In this document: positions 1-13,185 of the stretch, in pieces
Layout of the letters: every line of letters begins with the position of its first letter
How positions within the stretch are numbered: the first letter of the stretch is position 1
Assembly: GCA_965644265.1 (NCBI GenBank)
Contig: OZ286472.1
Coordinates: 24,676,001-24,740,000, forward strand
Direction: 5' to 3'
From: Glycera tridactyla
Taxonomy: Eukaryota
DNA: 64,000 nucleotides
The notes under the pieces: generated by a model
Databases searched by the model: none
Told to the model about the DNA's origin: nothing
The model's input: only the letters and a program-made list of their open reading frames with translations
Made by a program: the position numbers and the translations under genes

Positions 1-3000
1 ATTCAGAGACATTCTTGAACATAAAATGCTTTGAATAGGGAGAAAACCACATGAAGATGGGATAAAGATAAGTTCCAACATCAGACGCATCGAAAATCGC
101 CCAAATCTTTATCTTGTGGTGAAGAAAAACTACAAATATGTGAAGAAATCATGACCATGCACCAACTGTACATGAATATAAACCAATTCTTTTGATGAAT
201 TAGTACTTGTCTGTCATGAATGTTGTTTCTTACAGATAAGATGGTTATCTTTCAAAAGCTGTTTCTTGCCAATTCTGCAATTATGTCAAAATGTGTACAA
301 AAATGACTTTCACAGTCAATTTACGTACATAAAAGCTCTCAGAAGCTTACTATCAATAACAGTTGCAGGTGACTCATGATCATTGTGAGTTTTGGTGCAT
401 TTCATTGAATATAAAATTTCGCGTTGAAATGAATCTTGTTTCAAAAGTGAAGCAGTTCACAACTTTTGACATTTGAGGCATGTCAAAATGATGTACAACC
501 CCCTCACTGCCAGTCAGAGGATTGGTAAAAGAATATGGCTCGTTTCTCTTCAGATACTTGGAATGAACAGTGTAGATGCTATAGCAGGAGTGAAAATAAG
601 GATCTGAACCACTGGGTGAAAAATATGGAGAGTGTTGGTGTATGTTAGGTTGACCTCTAGTCATTTTGAAATGACCAGTCGTTGGAATGCAAATATGACT
701 TCCAGAGTCATTTTTGAAAATAAAATGCTTTGAATAGGGAGAAAACCACATGGAGAAGGGATAAAAATAAGTTCCAATATCAGACACATTGAAATTCGCC
801 CACATCATTTTCTCGTGGTGATGAAAAACAACAAATATGTGAAGAAATCATGATTATGCACCAACTATACATGAACAGAAACCTATCTTCTTGATGAATT
901 AGTACTCGTCTGCCATGAATGAGTAGCATATATGAGGGGAAGGATTAAAAAATATATGCTGGTGCGAATTGGTACGGAAGGTCCCATTAAATGGTCAAAA
1001 TGATGTACTGATTTACGTCATTTCTAATATGAAGGTGATATCTGACTAATTATTCACCAGTTATATGTATAGTGACTTAAATGATTAGAATTTGCTGAAA
1101 GGTGGTGAGCTGCATCACTCTTCTGAGCATAGAAGTCAGATACCTTCACATTTGCCAGAATGTCAAGATGACATACAACAGAAATTGGTTTTGTGGACAT
1201 CACCTCATGGACACCTGAATACATGCCAATCTAAAATCATGTAAATGGGATGCTTGAAATATCTGCTACTTGAAACTGCTGAACATAGTTATACTTGGCC
1301 TGCAACAGAGTTTCACAACTCACAATGTGTCCATCTTATGTACACCATACAAATCACCTTGGTACAGAACAACTACCAGAGGAGGATTGTCAGCTTTTTG
1401 CATAAGCATCCTGCATGAAATGATCATTGACAATATGTAACTTAGAGACAGCTGTGATATCTGTCAGATTTAGGATATGGTATTGAATGCAACAAATATT
1501 TCTATTTACTTTTTCAAAATATTTGATGAAGACGGCAATATTTTCATTACTTGAAGAGATATCAAACTGAAACTTTCAGAATATGTGACCAACACACTGG
1601 CCCACAAGAAAAAGTAGCTAAAAACCTGGATGTGGAGGATTTTTTCTCTCACTGCAATGTAACGCATTGTGCACCAGGTTTCTGGACATGCCCATATAGC
1701 TAACACCCTCAACATATGGTATATAGTTTGCAATATTTCCCCGGACATGACTGACCACTTCCAACCTTTCAGCACCTGGTACAGGTTTTACCCCCTGCAT
1801 TCCACAGCCATGACAATCAACCCTGAATAATCTCTCTTTCAATACAATGGTGTCACATGTTCATATAGGATATGAGCACAAGTAATCAACCACCAATGAT
1901 GAACACGATTAGAAGTAACATATCAGTGAATTCACAGCTATGCCAGATGGACTGTGAAATGACTGAATAGCATTGATATAGGGGATAAAAGGGTGAAGCT
2001 CTACACCCCAGTCAGGTATGGCACACAGCCACCTGTCATACCCCTTCACTTAAGCAAGGAATAATTTTCCCTCACCTCCAATCCCTCCCTCCTCCCATGA
2101 TAGCCAGTTTCCAACCACTATTCATGCTATATTTCAACTCATCTTGACGATCTGTTCTGCAAAGAGGTCAACCTATCCTACAAACTTCACTGCTTTGCAG
2201 CAGAGATCAGCAAAATCAGTGAAAACTGAACATGACTGTAATAACATAGGAAGACCTTCCTCCCAATATATGTTCTGAAATGAAGGAATAATGAACTGAA
2301 TGAATATTTTTATATTAACAAATCTGGGTTGACTGACTAGGACCGCTGATTTGGTCACTGATGCCAACAATATCTGGCAAAAGTGTTTGAAACATGATCA
2401 GATTTCCTGGAAATATCCATTTGTACTCTGGAAAGTATATAATCTGCAACTTCAGGTCAGATTTTAGCATCTACAGACTTTTTTGGTATCAAATTTTCCA
2501 AATTCAGGAAATAGTAAGACAATTGACATTAGTGTTTGTATGCCATTTAACAGGTCAAACTAGTTTATGAAGACTTTGCCCAGCCTACAAATGAATTGCA
2601 TGAACTTTTAGAGGTACCCAAGCTTTAGCTTTAGCAGGTGGGGTTCCACCTTGATGAATGACTTCCAAGTCACCTTCTGAAATTATTTAGGTTCCAGGTA
2701 TTATTCTAAACAGCCAGGGGAAGATTGACCCCACCCATAGTCAGGTGATCTGGGTTCTAACAATATGTCCGACCATCTGCTGACCATATGTACAACCCCC
2801 TCATTGCCTAGCATCTACCTTATAGTCTGATCTGGCAATCTAATTCTTGGGACATCACTATACACCCAGCATCATTTTTCAAGATGAATTCAGGAAAAAT
2901 GAACAAGTTTTCCAGGTGTGAGCTGGTTGCTGCAGGTAATTCCACAACTGGAAGGTTCGATCTCCAAGGCGAGAAGACATCAAAAATATCTACCTGCCAG

Positions 3001-3060
3001 AGGGCAGGTGGATCTGAAATCCTTCTCTTACTCTGATCTCCACATAGACTCTGACACACC

Positions 3061-3245
3061 TCTCTACCTCAGAGTGAAATTACAAACAGTTATCTCCTCT
3101 CTACCTCAGAGTGAAATTACAAACAGTTATTTTCTCTCTACCTCAGAGTGAAATTACAAACACTTATCTCCTCTCTACCTCAGAGTGAAGTTACAAACAG
3201 TTATTTTCTCTCTACCTCAGAGTGAAATTACAAACAGTTATCTCC
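3061..3245. repeat. 37-bp minisatellite, 5 copies
   Basis: Unit TCTCTACCTCAGAGTGAAATTACAAACAGTTAT(CTCC/TTTC) at 3061, 3098, 3135, 3172, 3209. Confidence 0.95.
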
Positions 3246-4011
3246 TAAGAGCCTTTGTCTTATCAAAATGTAAATCATTCACAGGAAGGTCTCCACACCG
3301 CACGTCTAGACAAGAGTGATGCCTTACATCAAAAGCGGTCGAGTCAAAAGCAGGCAAGTCTTTGAAGTAACATGTAGAGGGCAAGTGAAAATGGTGTATA
3401 TTTATGTGCAGGTTGTTCCTACATCTGGAAATTTGCAGGGAGGTGTATAGGATGTCTCTGGTAACTGGGTGCATCAACACCCACATGCCCACACCATCGC
3501 AGCAGTGAGGACACACAGCTCAACATCTGGCCTGAAGTTCAAACCTTCCATGACTCCACGAATAAACGGCAGGGTGATGAGAGATTGCTTCCCACCTGCC
3601 AGGGGCAGGTATATTTCTAAGGTGGGCAAGTAGATTTGAAATTCACCGGTCTGGTGGGTGGCTGGAAAATGATGATAAATGTGATGAACGTAATGGGGCT
3701 TAATTTTGATGGAGGAAAGTGTATCAATTGAAATGTACCTGACTGCTGGACAGGCGGATATCTTTGATGTCTTCTAGACCTGAAATGTGCTACCATCTTT
3801 ATCATCTCTAGTGGCATCTTCCTGCACAGGCTGGATGAGGGTAGGTCTAGTGATATAATTTGAATGTTGGGGTCGCTGCAATCAATTTGATAGGCAGTCA
3901 AAATGATGAAAAGCTTTGGAGGAGCTGATATATTATTATAAGTATGACCAATGAAAATGATGAAAAGGTTTGTTCATTGAGATTATCAGATGCAGATTGA
4001 GATTTCAAGTA

Positions 4012-4650
4012 CCGTATTCTCCCTAATTAGCGCCCCCACCCTCATAAGCGCCCCCCCCCCCCTCCCGTGGGAGGGAGAAGTTGCAGACTGGCCTTTGATA
4101 GTCTCGGACGTTTGAATTTCCCGCACTTTCTGAGCGAGCTCGAAGGCCAGATCCAACATGGCGGTTGAAGATGCCAGTCATTGCCGCTCGATATTTCCAC
4201 TGTTTTCGGCAAATATTCGACGGATTTGAGAGATTTATGCATGGATACCACCCGATTTTATACCTAGGAATTCATTCGCACCATTGTTTTTACTGTGAGT
4301 TCGATATTTCTTGGTTATTCATCGCGGCAGCGTACGTCTGAAAACACGGAATTGACTTGTCAAAGAGAGTGGGTTATACAGACGAAAGAAGACGCTGTTC
4401 TTCATCATTGTCTTTTCGGCAAATTTTCGTCATATCCTTGCAGTTTTATCGGTTTTTCTCCTATGTGACACAAATAGAACCCGAGTAATACGTTTATCAA
4501 ATGTTTCGTTGATATTCTGGCAGCCATTGACGTTATATTCGCGAAAATACCCCATTATCGCCCATCGGCGATTTTTCATATGATGAACAAATAAGCGCCC
4601 CCCTTTCTCAATTAGCAAGCGCCCCGGGGCGCTAATTAGGGAGAATACGG
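4012..4650. mobile_element. Non-autonomous Tc1/mariner-superfamily-like DNA transposon (CCGTA termini)
   Basis: 25-bp perfect TIR CCGTATTCTCCCTAATTAGCGCCCC, TA on both sides, CpG-rich interior, no transposase. Confidence 0.88.
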
Positions 4651-5825
4651 TATATCCAGTCAAGCTTATCCAGTCAAAGAAAAAGATGTAATTTAAAGGA
4701 ATTCTACATCACTTCTGGTAGTCACAATTATATCAACATATACACATACAAGGGAAACTAGATGTGTGTCAGATGGGTGAGAGGTTGGTTGGGGGAGGGG
4801 TGGCATTTGGTCAGGTGGTCAATGGGCCTCATGACCTTTGACACTTTCCAGTTTGATTATTCTACCCCCTGCTGGAGTAATCGTCCATCATTACCCTAAG
4901 CCTCAGCTAGCTGATCTCTTGTGACAAGGAAAATAAACTGTCAGAAGGCTAGTAAATTGAAATCACTGAAGTCCTACCATGCAGTAACATAGGGAGTACT
5001 ATACAGCCTCGAATCTTCAGTAGTGGGAGTAGAGGGGAACCCGCAATCAGAATCCACCCGGAAGCAAAACCACATGAGGAGGCAAAAGTACATGCTTTGA
5101 GAGGGCACTTTTCCAAAGCACGTCTTTCACCCCTGACAAGAGATCATCTGTTTGTAAAGTATTCCACTGTAAGAAAGTATTCGACCAGTATGGTATAGGT
5201 TTGACTGCATTAAAAGAACTACAATGAAAGTTGTAGAAATCAAAGGTGTTGTTAGCAGTCAGTGAACTATTGCCATATGAATGTAGTCTTTATAGAGAGA
5301 TAACCTCTGTAAAGAAGTGTTTCAAGATGTCAATACTTGCAAAGTGTCATGAAAAGGTAGCAGGTGGACTTTGAAATACATTTGGCTGTATTCCTGCAAA
5401 TCTTTGGTACAACCTGATGATTGCTACCACTGATCCTCACCCTAGGTTTCGCCATGCTTATCAGCATGGTTATCGATCATCACAGATCATCAGTCACTAC
5501 CAACTTACCAGTCACTACTAGGTACATGGACTTGGAGTATGTTAAGGCAGGTCAAACTAATTAAGGACAGGTGGACCAATTATCCAACTCACACATCATG
5601 GGGGGGGGGTACAGCTGGAGGGCCTAGCTGACTACCCATCTTCCCCCCCCCCCCCCCCCCGCCCCCCCCCCCTCATGAGTGCCCCGGCCTCACGACTACC
5701 CCGACCTCATGACTGCTGACTAACACCCAAGACAAGGTGTGAAAGGATGCTTGGCTGCTCACAGTCCTCTGATAAAGGTTTCCTGAAGTAGAAGCAGGTG
5801 TGACATTCCCTACATGCTGCCCTCC

Positions 5826-5893
<68 letters not shown>

Positions 5894-5910
5894 CTGATTG
5901 ATTGATTGAT
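5826..5910. repeat. (GATT)n microsatellite
   Basis: About 21 units; other GATT/AATC tracts at ~9668, ~29285, ~30290 and 45121-45163. Confidence 0.95.
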
Positions 5911-7393
5911 CTACTTTTATGAAACACCTCCAGTAATAGAAGTAGGATGGAACCAAATTTTTTGAGATGCAGTCAATTTATTCTCGGAAAAGTCTCCTAT
6001 ATAAAATCAAAACTATCTGGACAGGTTGAAAATAATTGAAAATTCTTGAATAAATTGATCAGGCTAATTTTCATGATCTACCTGCTCACCAAGCAGATAT
6101 TTTTGTACTTTAGAACGATTGTAGAGTGGTCGAAATGTCGTGATATGTCTCAACAAATCGTTCCAAAGTAGGTGAATCTTCGTTCATCTTCACATTTGGT
6201 TTTGATGGATTCAGTGGCCTATCTGAGCAGCATGCAGAGGGGAATCAGTCGTGGTATGTGATGAGGTACTTACTCCTTAACAGCAGTCAGGGTAACACCC
6301 AGAGCTGGACCCAGTAAAACAGCTGTTTGTATACACTGTAAGTGGAGCTCACATCACCAAATCTATTTTACAGCTTGCTGTGCACCTCCTTAAGTCAAAC
6401 CACTTCCCAAACCCAACCACTTCACCAACACTTCTTTGGTGCTAGAACAGTGTCCCCTGTAGGAAGTTTAGTGAAAGCAGTCATTTCGTTCATGATTTAG
6501 CCAAAAGCATATTGGGGTGACTTCAGTTCACCATAACTTTCATTACAGACCCTTACATTGAGCTCCAGACACAAGAAATCTGATTTGAAGGACTCAGAAA
6601 CCAGCAACCTTACCCCTTTATCGTTGACTCGATGCTAACTCCCATTTTTTCCCCCTCTAAAATGGAATTTATTTTTGTCTGCATCTAGGGAAGATTGATG
6701 AAGAATTGTAACCAATGGCGATGTGAATGATTCTAAAACTTCTACCTCGCTACCTGGACAGATGGTTTCGGTGACAATGAAGTTTTTCATTATAACAAAA
6801 CCAACTCTGGTACTCAATACTATGGGCTTTTCTCACTAGCTCCTCTTTAGTCCTGACTGACAACCAGACCTATGTGACCTGACCCAGATTATTTATCTGG
6901 GCCAATGTTTGACCTTCAGAGATGGCTATCCCCTCAGTTACAAGACAAATATCAAGAAACATGATGCCACATCACAGTTGGATCCCTGTCTAATTGTTTC
7001 TATTTCACTGGCCCATGCAGCTGAGCAAGCTTGAAAACACACATCAGAGTGGAACCTGCAAAAAACATGCTGGGACAAGCACACATTTTTCAGAGCGCTT
7101 CCCTTTAAATTCCTTCAGTATACACCTGTGTACAGCTAACACCGGCCTTTAGGGACCAAATTTAGAGGATGCTGAATACATGGTTTCACTGTACTATCAT
7201 GAAATGATGTCACACATGCCAGACAGCTTGCAGTCTTCTAATTTCACCTGAAGCCCAGGGAGAGTTAGTTGGATCTGGGGGGAGTGAACAGACCAGAATC
7301 CCAATCCAATGGGAGATGGATTTCAATTTTCGAGACAGAAGTCCAGTTGTGTGGCATTACTGAGTATGGAAAATTTCGACAGAATTGCAAGTA

Positions 7394-7695
7394 CAGTTGA
7401 ACGTCCCTATAAAGACCAACCTCGGTCGTGCGCCAGAGTGGTTGTTATAGGAAGGTGGCCGCTATAGAGAGATTCCGATGATAAATATGTTCACACACTT
7501 CTGTAGGCGGCAAGTGACAACTGATTCCGTCTCTACACGCTAAGATGAACCCGGCTCATAGTTATCAATAAATATTGCCAAATCGATGTGTGTCAGTTGT
7601 ATTCTCTTGTGAAAAATATGTCGGTAGCGGTCACGGGTGGTCGTTATGAGGAGGTGGTCGCTCTCAGGAGGTGGTCGTTAGTGGAGGTTTGACTG
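7394..7695 (+). mobile_element. TA-flanked CAGT...ACTG MITE (family A, no internal satellite)
   Basis: TA|CAGTTGAAC ... GTTTGACTG|TA with repeated GGTGGTCG subterminal motifs. Confidence 0.85.
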
Positions 7696-8815
7696 TATGT
7701 GAAAAATGCCAGTACTTCACAGGAATGCTTAAAATGCCAGCGAGAAGCAAAGGAGAAGCTCACGAGAAGCTCACATGCTGCAGTGAATGAGACTGGGAGT
7801 GTGTAAGTTGGCAGATTTGTGCAGTGTTGGAGATAAGGCTGGGGTTGCCATGACATAACAAGGTGGTTGGCAGATAGATTTTCAAAACAGTGTAGGTGCC
7901 ATCAGGTAAACAGACAGCTGACTTGGGTCTCCCCGTTCTTCTCCGGGAGTTGACCTACACACATCACAAGCTGACAAATTGGATTCTCGGTGTTCTCATA
8001 CACATGTACATGTCTCAGTCGATTCTTCTGGTTCTGCTTTGCCTGGCTCTGCAAGTCACCGAGATTAATTTCTCCCCTTGCTCTCCTACATGTATGTTTT
8101 ATATGACATCAGGTGTTGATGACACACTTGAATACGGGGGGATGATGTCTACTTACTGCCTGCACCATTGCTGGATTTGACTTAGGGACAACAAGACCTT
8201 GAAATAGAATTACAGGTATGAAGAGTTGTCCACATAGCTTAGCACATAGGACAGCTTGCTCCCTCACAGGCCTTTACAGGTGATTGATTGGTGCCATGCT
8301 GGAGATCTCAGTTTCAAATTCAAATGAAATCAGATGATTTCTGAAAAATGTAGTTAGTACATTTCAATGGTGCTTGAATCCTAGAATCAGGTCAGTGGGA
8401 TAGGCAGCATCTCAACCACTAATTAGCTACCATGAGTCATAGGCCAACTGACAAGAAGCATCATGTTTTCTCTGCAATTCATCTGCTGAATTTGGGCCTC
8501 CGGATTTGAGCCTCCAGTATTTCAAACACTCTGTTTACACTCAACATTAGCCAGTTTGCCAGGGGCTAAAACTCTCCTCATCTGGCTAAAAAGAATTAGA
8601 CTGAACCTCATGAAGACAGGCGGCTGCAGAATAGATTTATCATGTCTGGAATGATCCAATACATAAGTCTGAATAGATGCAAAGTCATCCTTAAGTACAA
8701 CTGGTCAAACCATGAATAATTTGGCTTGAAAATTATGACTGCTTTAGCCAAATTTACCACAGGATATATTGCTCTAGCACCAATGCAGGTACACTGTTCT
8801 CAGGTGAAATGGATA

Positions 8816-8955
8816 CAGTCAAACCTGCGATGAGAGACCCCCAATGAGAGACCACCTCCAACGGGAGACCACTTTTACAGAGCAGCTTTTCTATTTTAAA
8901 AAGTCAAATTTACCTTCAACGAGAGCCCACCTCTTTTGAGAGACCACATCTTGGT
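8816..8955 (+). mobile_element. Truncated CAGT MITE (GAGACCACC subfamily)
   Basis: TA|CAGTCAAACCTGCGATGAGAGACC; inverse-homologous to 31364-31539; right end missing. Confidence 0.7.
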
Positions 8956-9345
8956 GACATTGCACCCAGTTCAAAACTTTTTCCCAGTCAGAAAGCATAC
9001 CTGTGGCATAGTTTATGGTGTCAGTTTCAGTTGACCCTATCCTGCTGAACAGATTGTACTGCAACACAGTTTTTCACCCAGAAACTCCAAAACATGGAAA
9101 TCCAGACTTTGAATGAGTTTACCACACACTAATTTTTTTATGAATGTGTGAAAACATCATTTTTTATCGTCAAACAACACCTGTGGGTAAATCCAGCGAG
9201 TGAAGATATGCATCCACTTCACCAACAGTGACAGATCGTCTTGAATCATTTTTGTTGTTGAAGATGATCCTCAGAATCCAGAATCATTGTCACTTTGTGG
9301 ATTGGAGACATACAGCAATCCCACACATGATGTTGCAACACATTC

Positions 9346-9642
9346 CAGGGATTCCCCAGGGCTTTCAAAGGCCAAAATGATCAGTTTTCCAGGGCAATAT
9401 AGCCTATTTCCAAGGGCTAGTAGATCGGTTTTTTGATTCAGTGCCACAATATTTGACAAAAATGCCCCCATGGACAACCAAAAATATCGATTTAGATCTA
9501 AAATCCGCTAATTTTCACAGGCAAATACAGAATTAGGACTTTTCCAGGGATGAGAATCATATTCTGAGGCTTTTTCAGGTCAAAAAGTGCAGTTTTGAAA
9601 TTCAAGGGCTTATCCAGGTTTTAATGGCCAAAGGGAACCCTG
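9346..9642. mobile_element. CAGGG-terminated hAT-like MITE
   Basis: TIR CAGGGATTCCC/GGGAACCCTG; inverted relative at ~32522-32825; no TSD recognised. Confidence 0.6.
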
Positions 9643-10525
9643 GACATGTTGAGCATCACCGGGTACTCAATCAATCAATCAATTAATCAATCGATCAATC
9701 AGGTAAGGCATGGATTGGTTTGGCCCCATATATATCTTTCATATGTATTCAATCAGCTGGTAGGAAGTCAGACTGTCAAATCAGCAAGGGTTTTAATATG
9801 CAGGAATTCAGCAAAATCCCACCTATTCAAGTTGTATTCTTATCCACTAAGGTTGACAACCAAGTACTTTTGATAAATAAGGTGGCAGTGTGGTACCTTC
9901 AACATAACAAAAACAAAAACTCACATATCTGCAGGAAATACAATTCCATGGGTTAGAAAATGCTGAGGTGATCACATTTGATGTTTTAGAAATGAGACTC
10001 TGCTTAGATAACTTGCTGAGGTCATCAAAATTTGTGTTGTGCACAGGTATCCAATGAATTGCAATCGTGACATATCAATGGGAGAGTGGCTGTTGAAAAC
10101 TGTGTATACGGCTAACCTGCAAGATAGCAATTTCCCTAATTATCATGAATCATCTAACAACCAAGAAACTCTCATATTATTCCATCTCTCAACCATAAGA
10201 AAGGGGAGGAATTATTGCCCCCCCCCCCCAAGATGGTGGGGGGGGGGGGTCTAATACCAGATCCCTGGGGATCAGAGGAACCAGGAAGCAGAAGCAGCTT
10301 TGGGGTTTGGGTGGGGGAGGGGGTAAACAAACACAGACTCGAAGCCTGTTTCACCCAGGATGAGGTAGTTCCATCAGGTCAGGAATATTGCAACAGAGTG
10401 CACCCACTCCCACTGCATCAATTAATCCACTTTTCGATGGAACCAAGAGAATCTGTAGACAGGTTTGACTGTTGTTTGGATGACATTGATAAGTAGGCAC
10501 TTGGAGAATTACCTTTTTTTAAATA

Positions 10526-11645
10526 CAGTCGAACCTCCCTATAACGACCACCCTCGGTCGCACATCTGAGTGGTCGTTATTGGGAGGTGGTCGCTACAGA
10601 GAAGTTCTGATGAAAAATGTGTTCATCAGGCACAAAAAGCGAGACCTTGGCGGCCATACTGTAAACATCACAAAGAACCAAAATACCCGGATGTATGAAC
10701 GAAACTCGTGTTATTCGCATTTTTTCGAATGTGGAGGTCATTATAGCACTTCTAGAAGGTAATCTTTCAAGCTGTAAAGATGATTTGAAGAAATATGAAT
10801 AACTATTCATTTGAAATTAAAAATGGTAACGAATTGCTAGCAGCGAGCAAGTGAGTTGATTCGGCCGGTGTCGAGTTTGGCCGGTGGTCGCTGGAGGAGG
10901 GAGACTGGCCACTGCTAGCTTGTAGGCGGGGGAAGTGAGTTCATCTAAGGGGGCGAGCAAGCGGAATCTGAGCACATATCACGGTCTCGAGTTTGGCCGG
11001 GGGTCGCTGGAGGAGGAAGACCGGCCGCTGCTAGCTAGTAGGCGGGGGAAGTGAGTTTATCTGAGCCGCGAGCAAGCGGAATCTGAGCACATATCACGGT
11101 CTCGAGTTTGGCCTGGGGTCGCTCGAGGAGGGAGACCGGCTGCTGCTAGCTAGTAGGCGGGGGAAGTGAGTTTATCTGAGCAGCGAGCAAGCGGAATCTG
11201 AGCACATATCACGGCCTCGAGTTTGGCCGGGCGGTCGCTGGAGGAGGGAGACCGGCCGCTGCTAGCTAGTAGGCGGGGGAAGTGAGTTTATCTGAGCGGC
11301 GAGTAAGCGGAATCTGAGCACATATCACGGTCTCGAGTTTGGCCGGGCGGTTGCTGGAGGAGGGAGACCGGCCGATGCTAGTTTGTTGACGGGGGAAGTG
11401 AGTTCATCTGAGCAGCGAGTGAGCGGAATCTGAGCACATTTCACGGTCTCAAGTTTGGCCGGGCGACCATGAGTGGTCGTTATCAGGAGGTCCGCGAACC
11501 AAACATGGCGGTCGCTGGTCGGAGGTTGGAGGTGGTCGCTATACAGAAGACAATTATAGTGAAAAATACGTTCGTCATGGTCAAAGGTGGTCGTTATAAG
11601 GAGGTGGTCGCCCTCTGGAGGTGGTCGTTAGAGGAGGTTTGACTG
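10526..11645 (+). mobile_element. TA-flanked CAGT MITE (family A) carrying an internal ~115-bp tandem array
   Basis: TA|CAGTCGAACCTCC ... GGAGGTTTGACTG|TA; internal units spaced 115-116 bp (GCGGAATCTGAGCAC at 10961, 11076, 11191, 11307, 11423). Confidence 0.9.
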
Positions 11646-11916
11646 TACTTCAAAATCCAACCAAAAACTTCTTCGTGTGATTTCCTTTTGAATACACATG
11701 GTTTTACTTCACTGGGAGGAAAATCAGCTTCCAAATGAGGACTGTTTCCCTGAGAGGGGGGGGGGGAGAGGTGAAATCATGATGACATACGTATTGCAAA
11801 TTATCGTGGTTCTCTCTAAATGAGGTTCTCTCTAATTTCGTATCTTGTTCTCCCAGAAAATGATGAGGGCACTTGTTCATTAGTGGAATGGGCCTGATTG
11901 CACCTACATATGTGCG

Positions 11917-13185
11917 CAGGGATGGAAGTATGGCAGATGAGGAACATTCAGGAGCAGGGAAACACAGACAGGGGATGAAGGGTTGGAGGAATGGATGGAT
12001 GGAGGGATGGAGGGATTGATGGAGGGATGGAGGGATGGATCAATGTTGGGATGGAGGGATGGCTAATGAAGAACATCCAGGAGCAGGGAAATGTAGACAA
12101 AGGGATGGAGGGATGGATGGAGGGATGAAGGGATGGCTGATGAGTAACATCCAGGAGCAGGGGAATGTAGACAAGGGGGTGGAAGGATCTAGGGATGGAT
12201 GGAGGGATGTAGGGATGAAGGGATGGCTGATGAGTAACATCCATGAGCAGGGGAATGTAGACAAGGGGATGGAGGGATGGCTGATGAGTAACATCCATGA
12301 GCAGGGGAATGTAGACAAGGGGATGGAGACAATAGACAATAGACAATAGACATAACTTTATTTATAAACAGGCGAAGACAGTACAGTCATGCAGCTTACA
12401 AAGTGAGAATAATAGTTCTGATAATGGTATTTAGGCCATGTGGCCTAATCTAACACTGTAACCTGTTTACAGAATTGGCGTGAGTAAAATATATAGTATG
12501 AAGTTTACTCTGATTATTCACATCATGCATTCAGGATCCAATAACTATTGTAAAGGAGATATGGAGTCATGACAGAAACAACATATACCCAGATATTTAC
12601 CAGATGGTCACTCAAAATTCACCACAGCATAAACAAAGGCAATTCCAAGATATATTCAGTATGACTAATGATGTGCTTAAATTTTGCATCGAGTATATAT
12701 CTTATAGTGGATCAAACAGAAGTCTTAAGATATTTTCTGGAATATTCATTTTTGAACCTGTTCACAGATGGTAGGTTTCGGATATCAGGATCAGTATCGG
12801 AGGGATGGAGGACTGGATGGATGGAGGGATGGCTGATGAGTAACATCCAGGAGCAGGGGAATGTAGACAAGGGGATGGAGGGATGTAGGGATGAAGGGAT
12901 GGCTGATGAGTAACATCCATGAGCAGGGGAATGTAGACAAGGGGATGGAGGGATGGTAGGGGGGGTGTAGGGGTGGAGGGATGGCTGATGAGTAACATCC
13001 ATGAGCAGGGGAATGTAGACAAGGGGATGGAGGGATGTAGGGATGAAGGGATGGCTGATGAGTAACATCCAGGAGCAGGGGAATGTTGACCAGGGGATGG
13101 AGAGATGGAGAGATGGTACAGGGGGGGGGGGGGGGGGGCTGATGAGTAACATCCAGGAGCAAGGGAATGTAGACAAGGGGATGCT
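11917..13185. repeat. G-rich ~55-bp-core minisatellite with variable GGAT/GGAG spacers, interrupted by a LINE fragment
   Basis: Core GGCTGATGAGTAACATCCAGGAGCAGGGGAATGTAGACAAGGGGATGG repeated on both sides of 12329-12798; explains the low-complexity ORFs here. Confidence 0.92.
12329..12798 (-). mobile_element. 3' fragment of an L2/CR1-type LINE
   Basis: Minus-strand PDIRNLPSVNRFKNEYSRKYL resembles the ORF2 C-terminal LPxxIRxxxSxxxFK motif; AATAAA followed by a (TCTATTG)n tail at the 3' end. Confidence 0.7.

Noticed and set aside
380-808. 142-aa ORF
   Set aside because: No recognisable domain; overlaps a diverged duplication whose substitutions are mostly non-synonymous in this frame.
1506-1775. 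Hydrophobic 89-aa ORF
   Set aside because: No homology recognised and no convincing splice boundaries.
1788-1822. Minus-strand VDCHGCG as a candidate exon 2 of the alpha1-type collagen
   Set aside because: After the nearest AG acceptor the phase-0 frame hits TGA at once, and there is no G-x-K-G motif or 60-nt exon.
7923-7970. Minus-strand CDVC…PGEERGD segment as collagen exon
   Set aside because: Splice phase is incompatible with exon 1, the donor is weak and there is no Gly-X-Y register.
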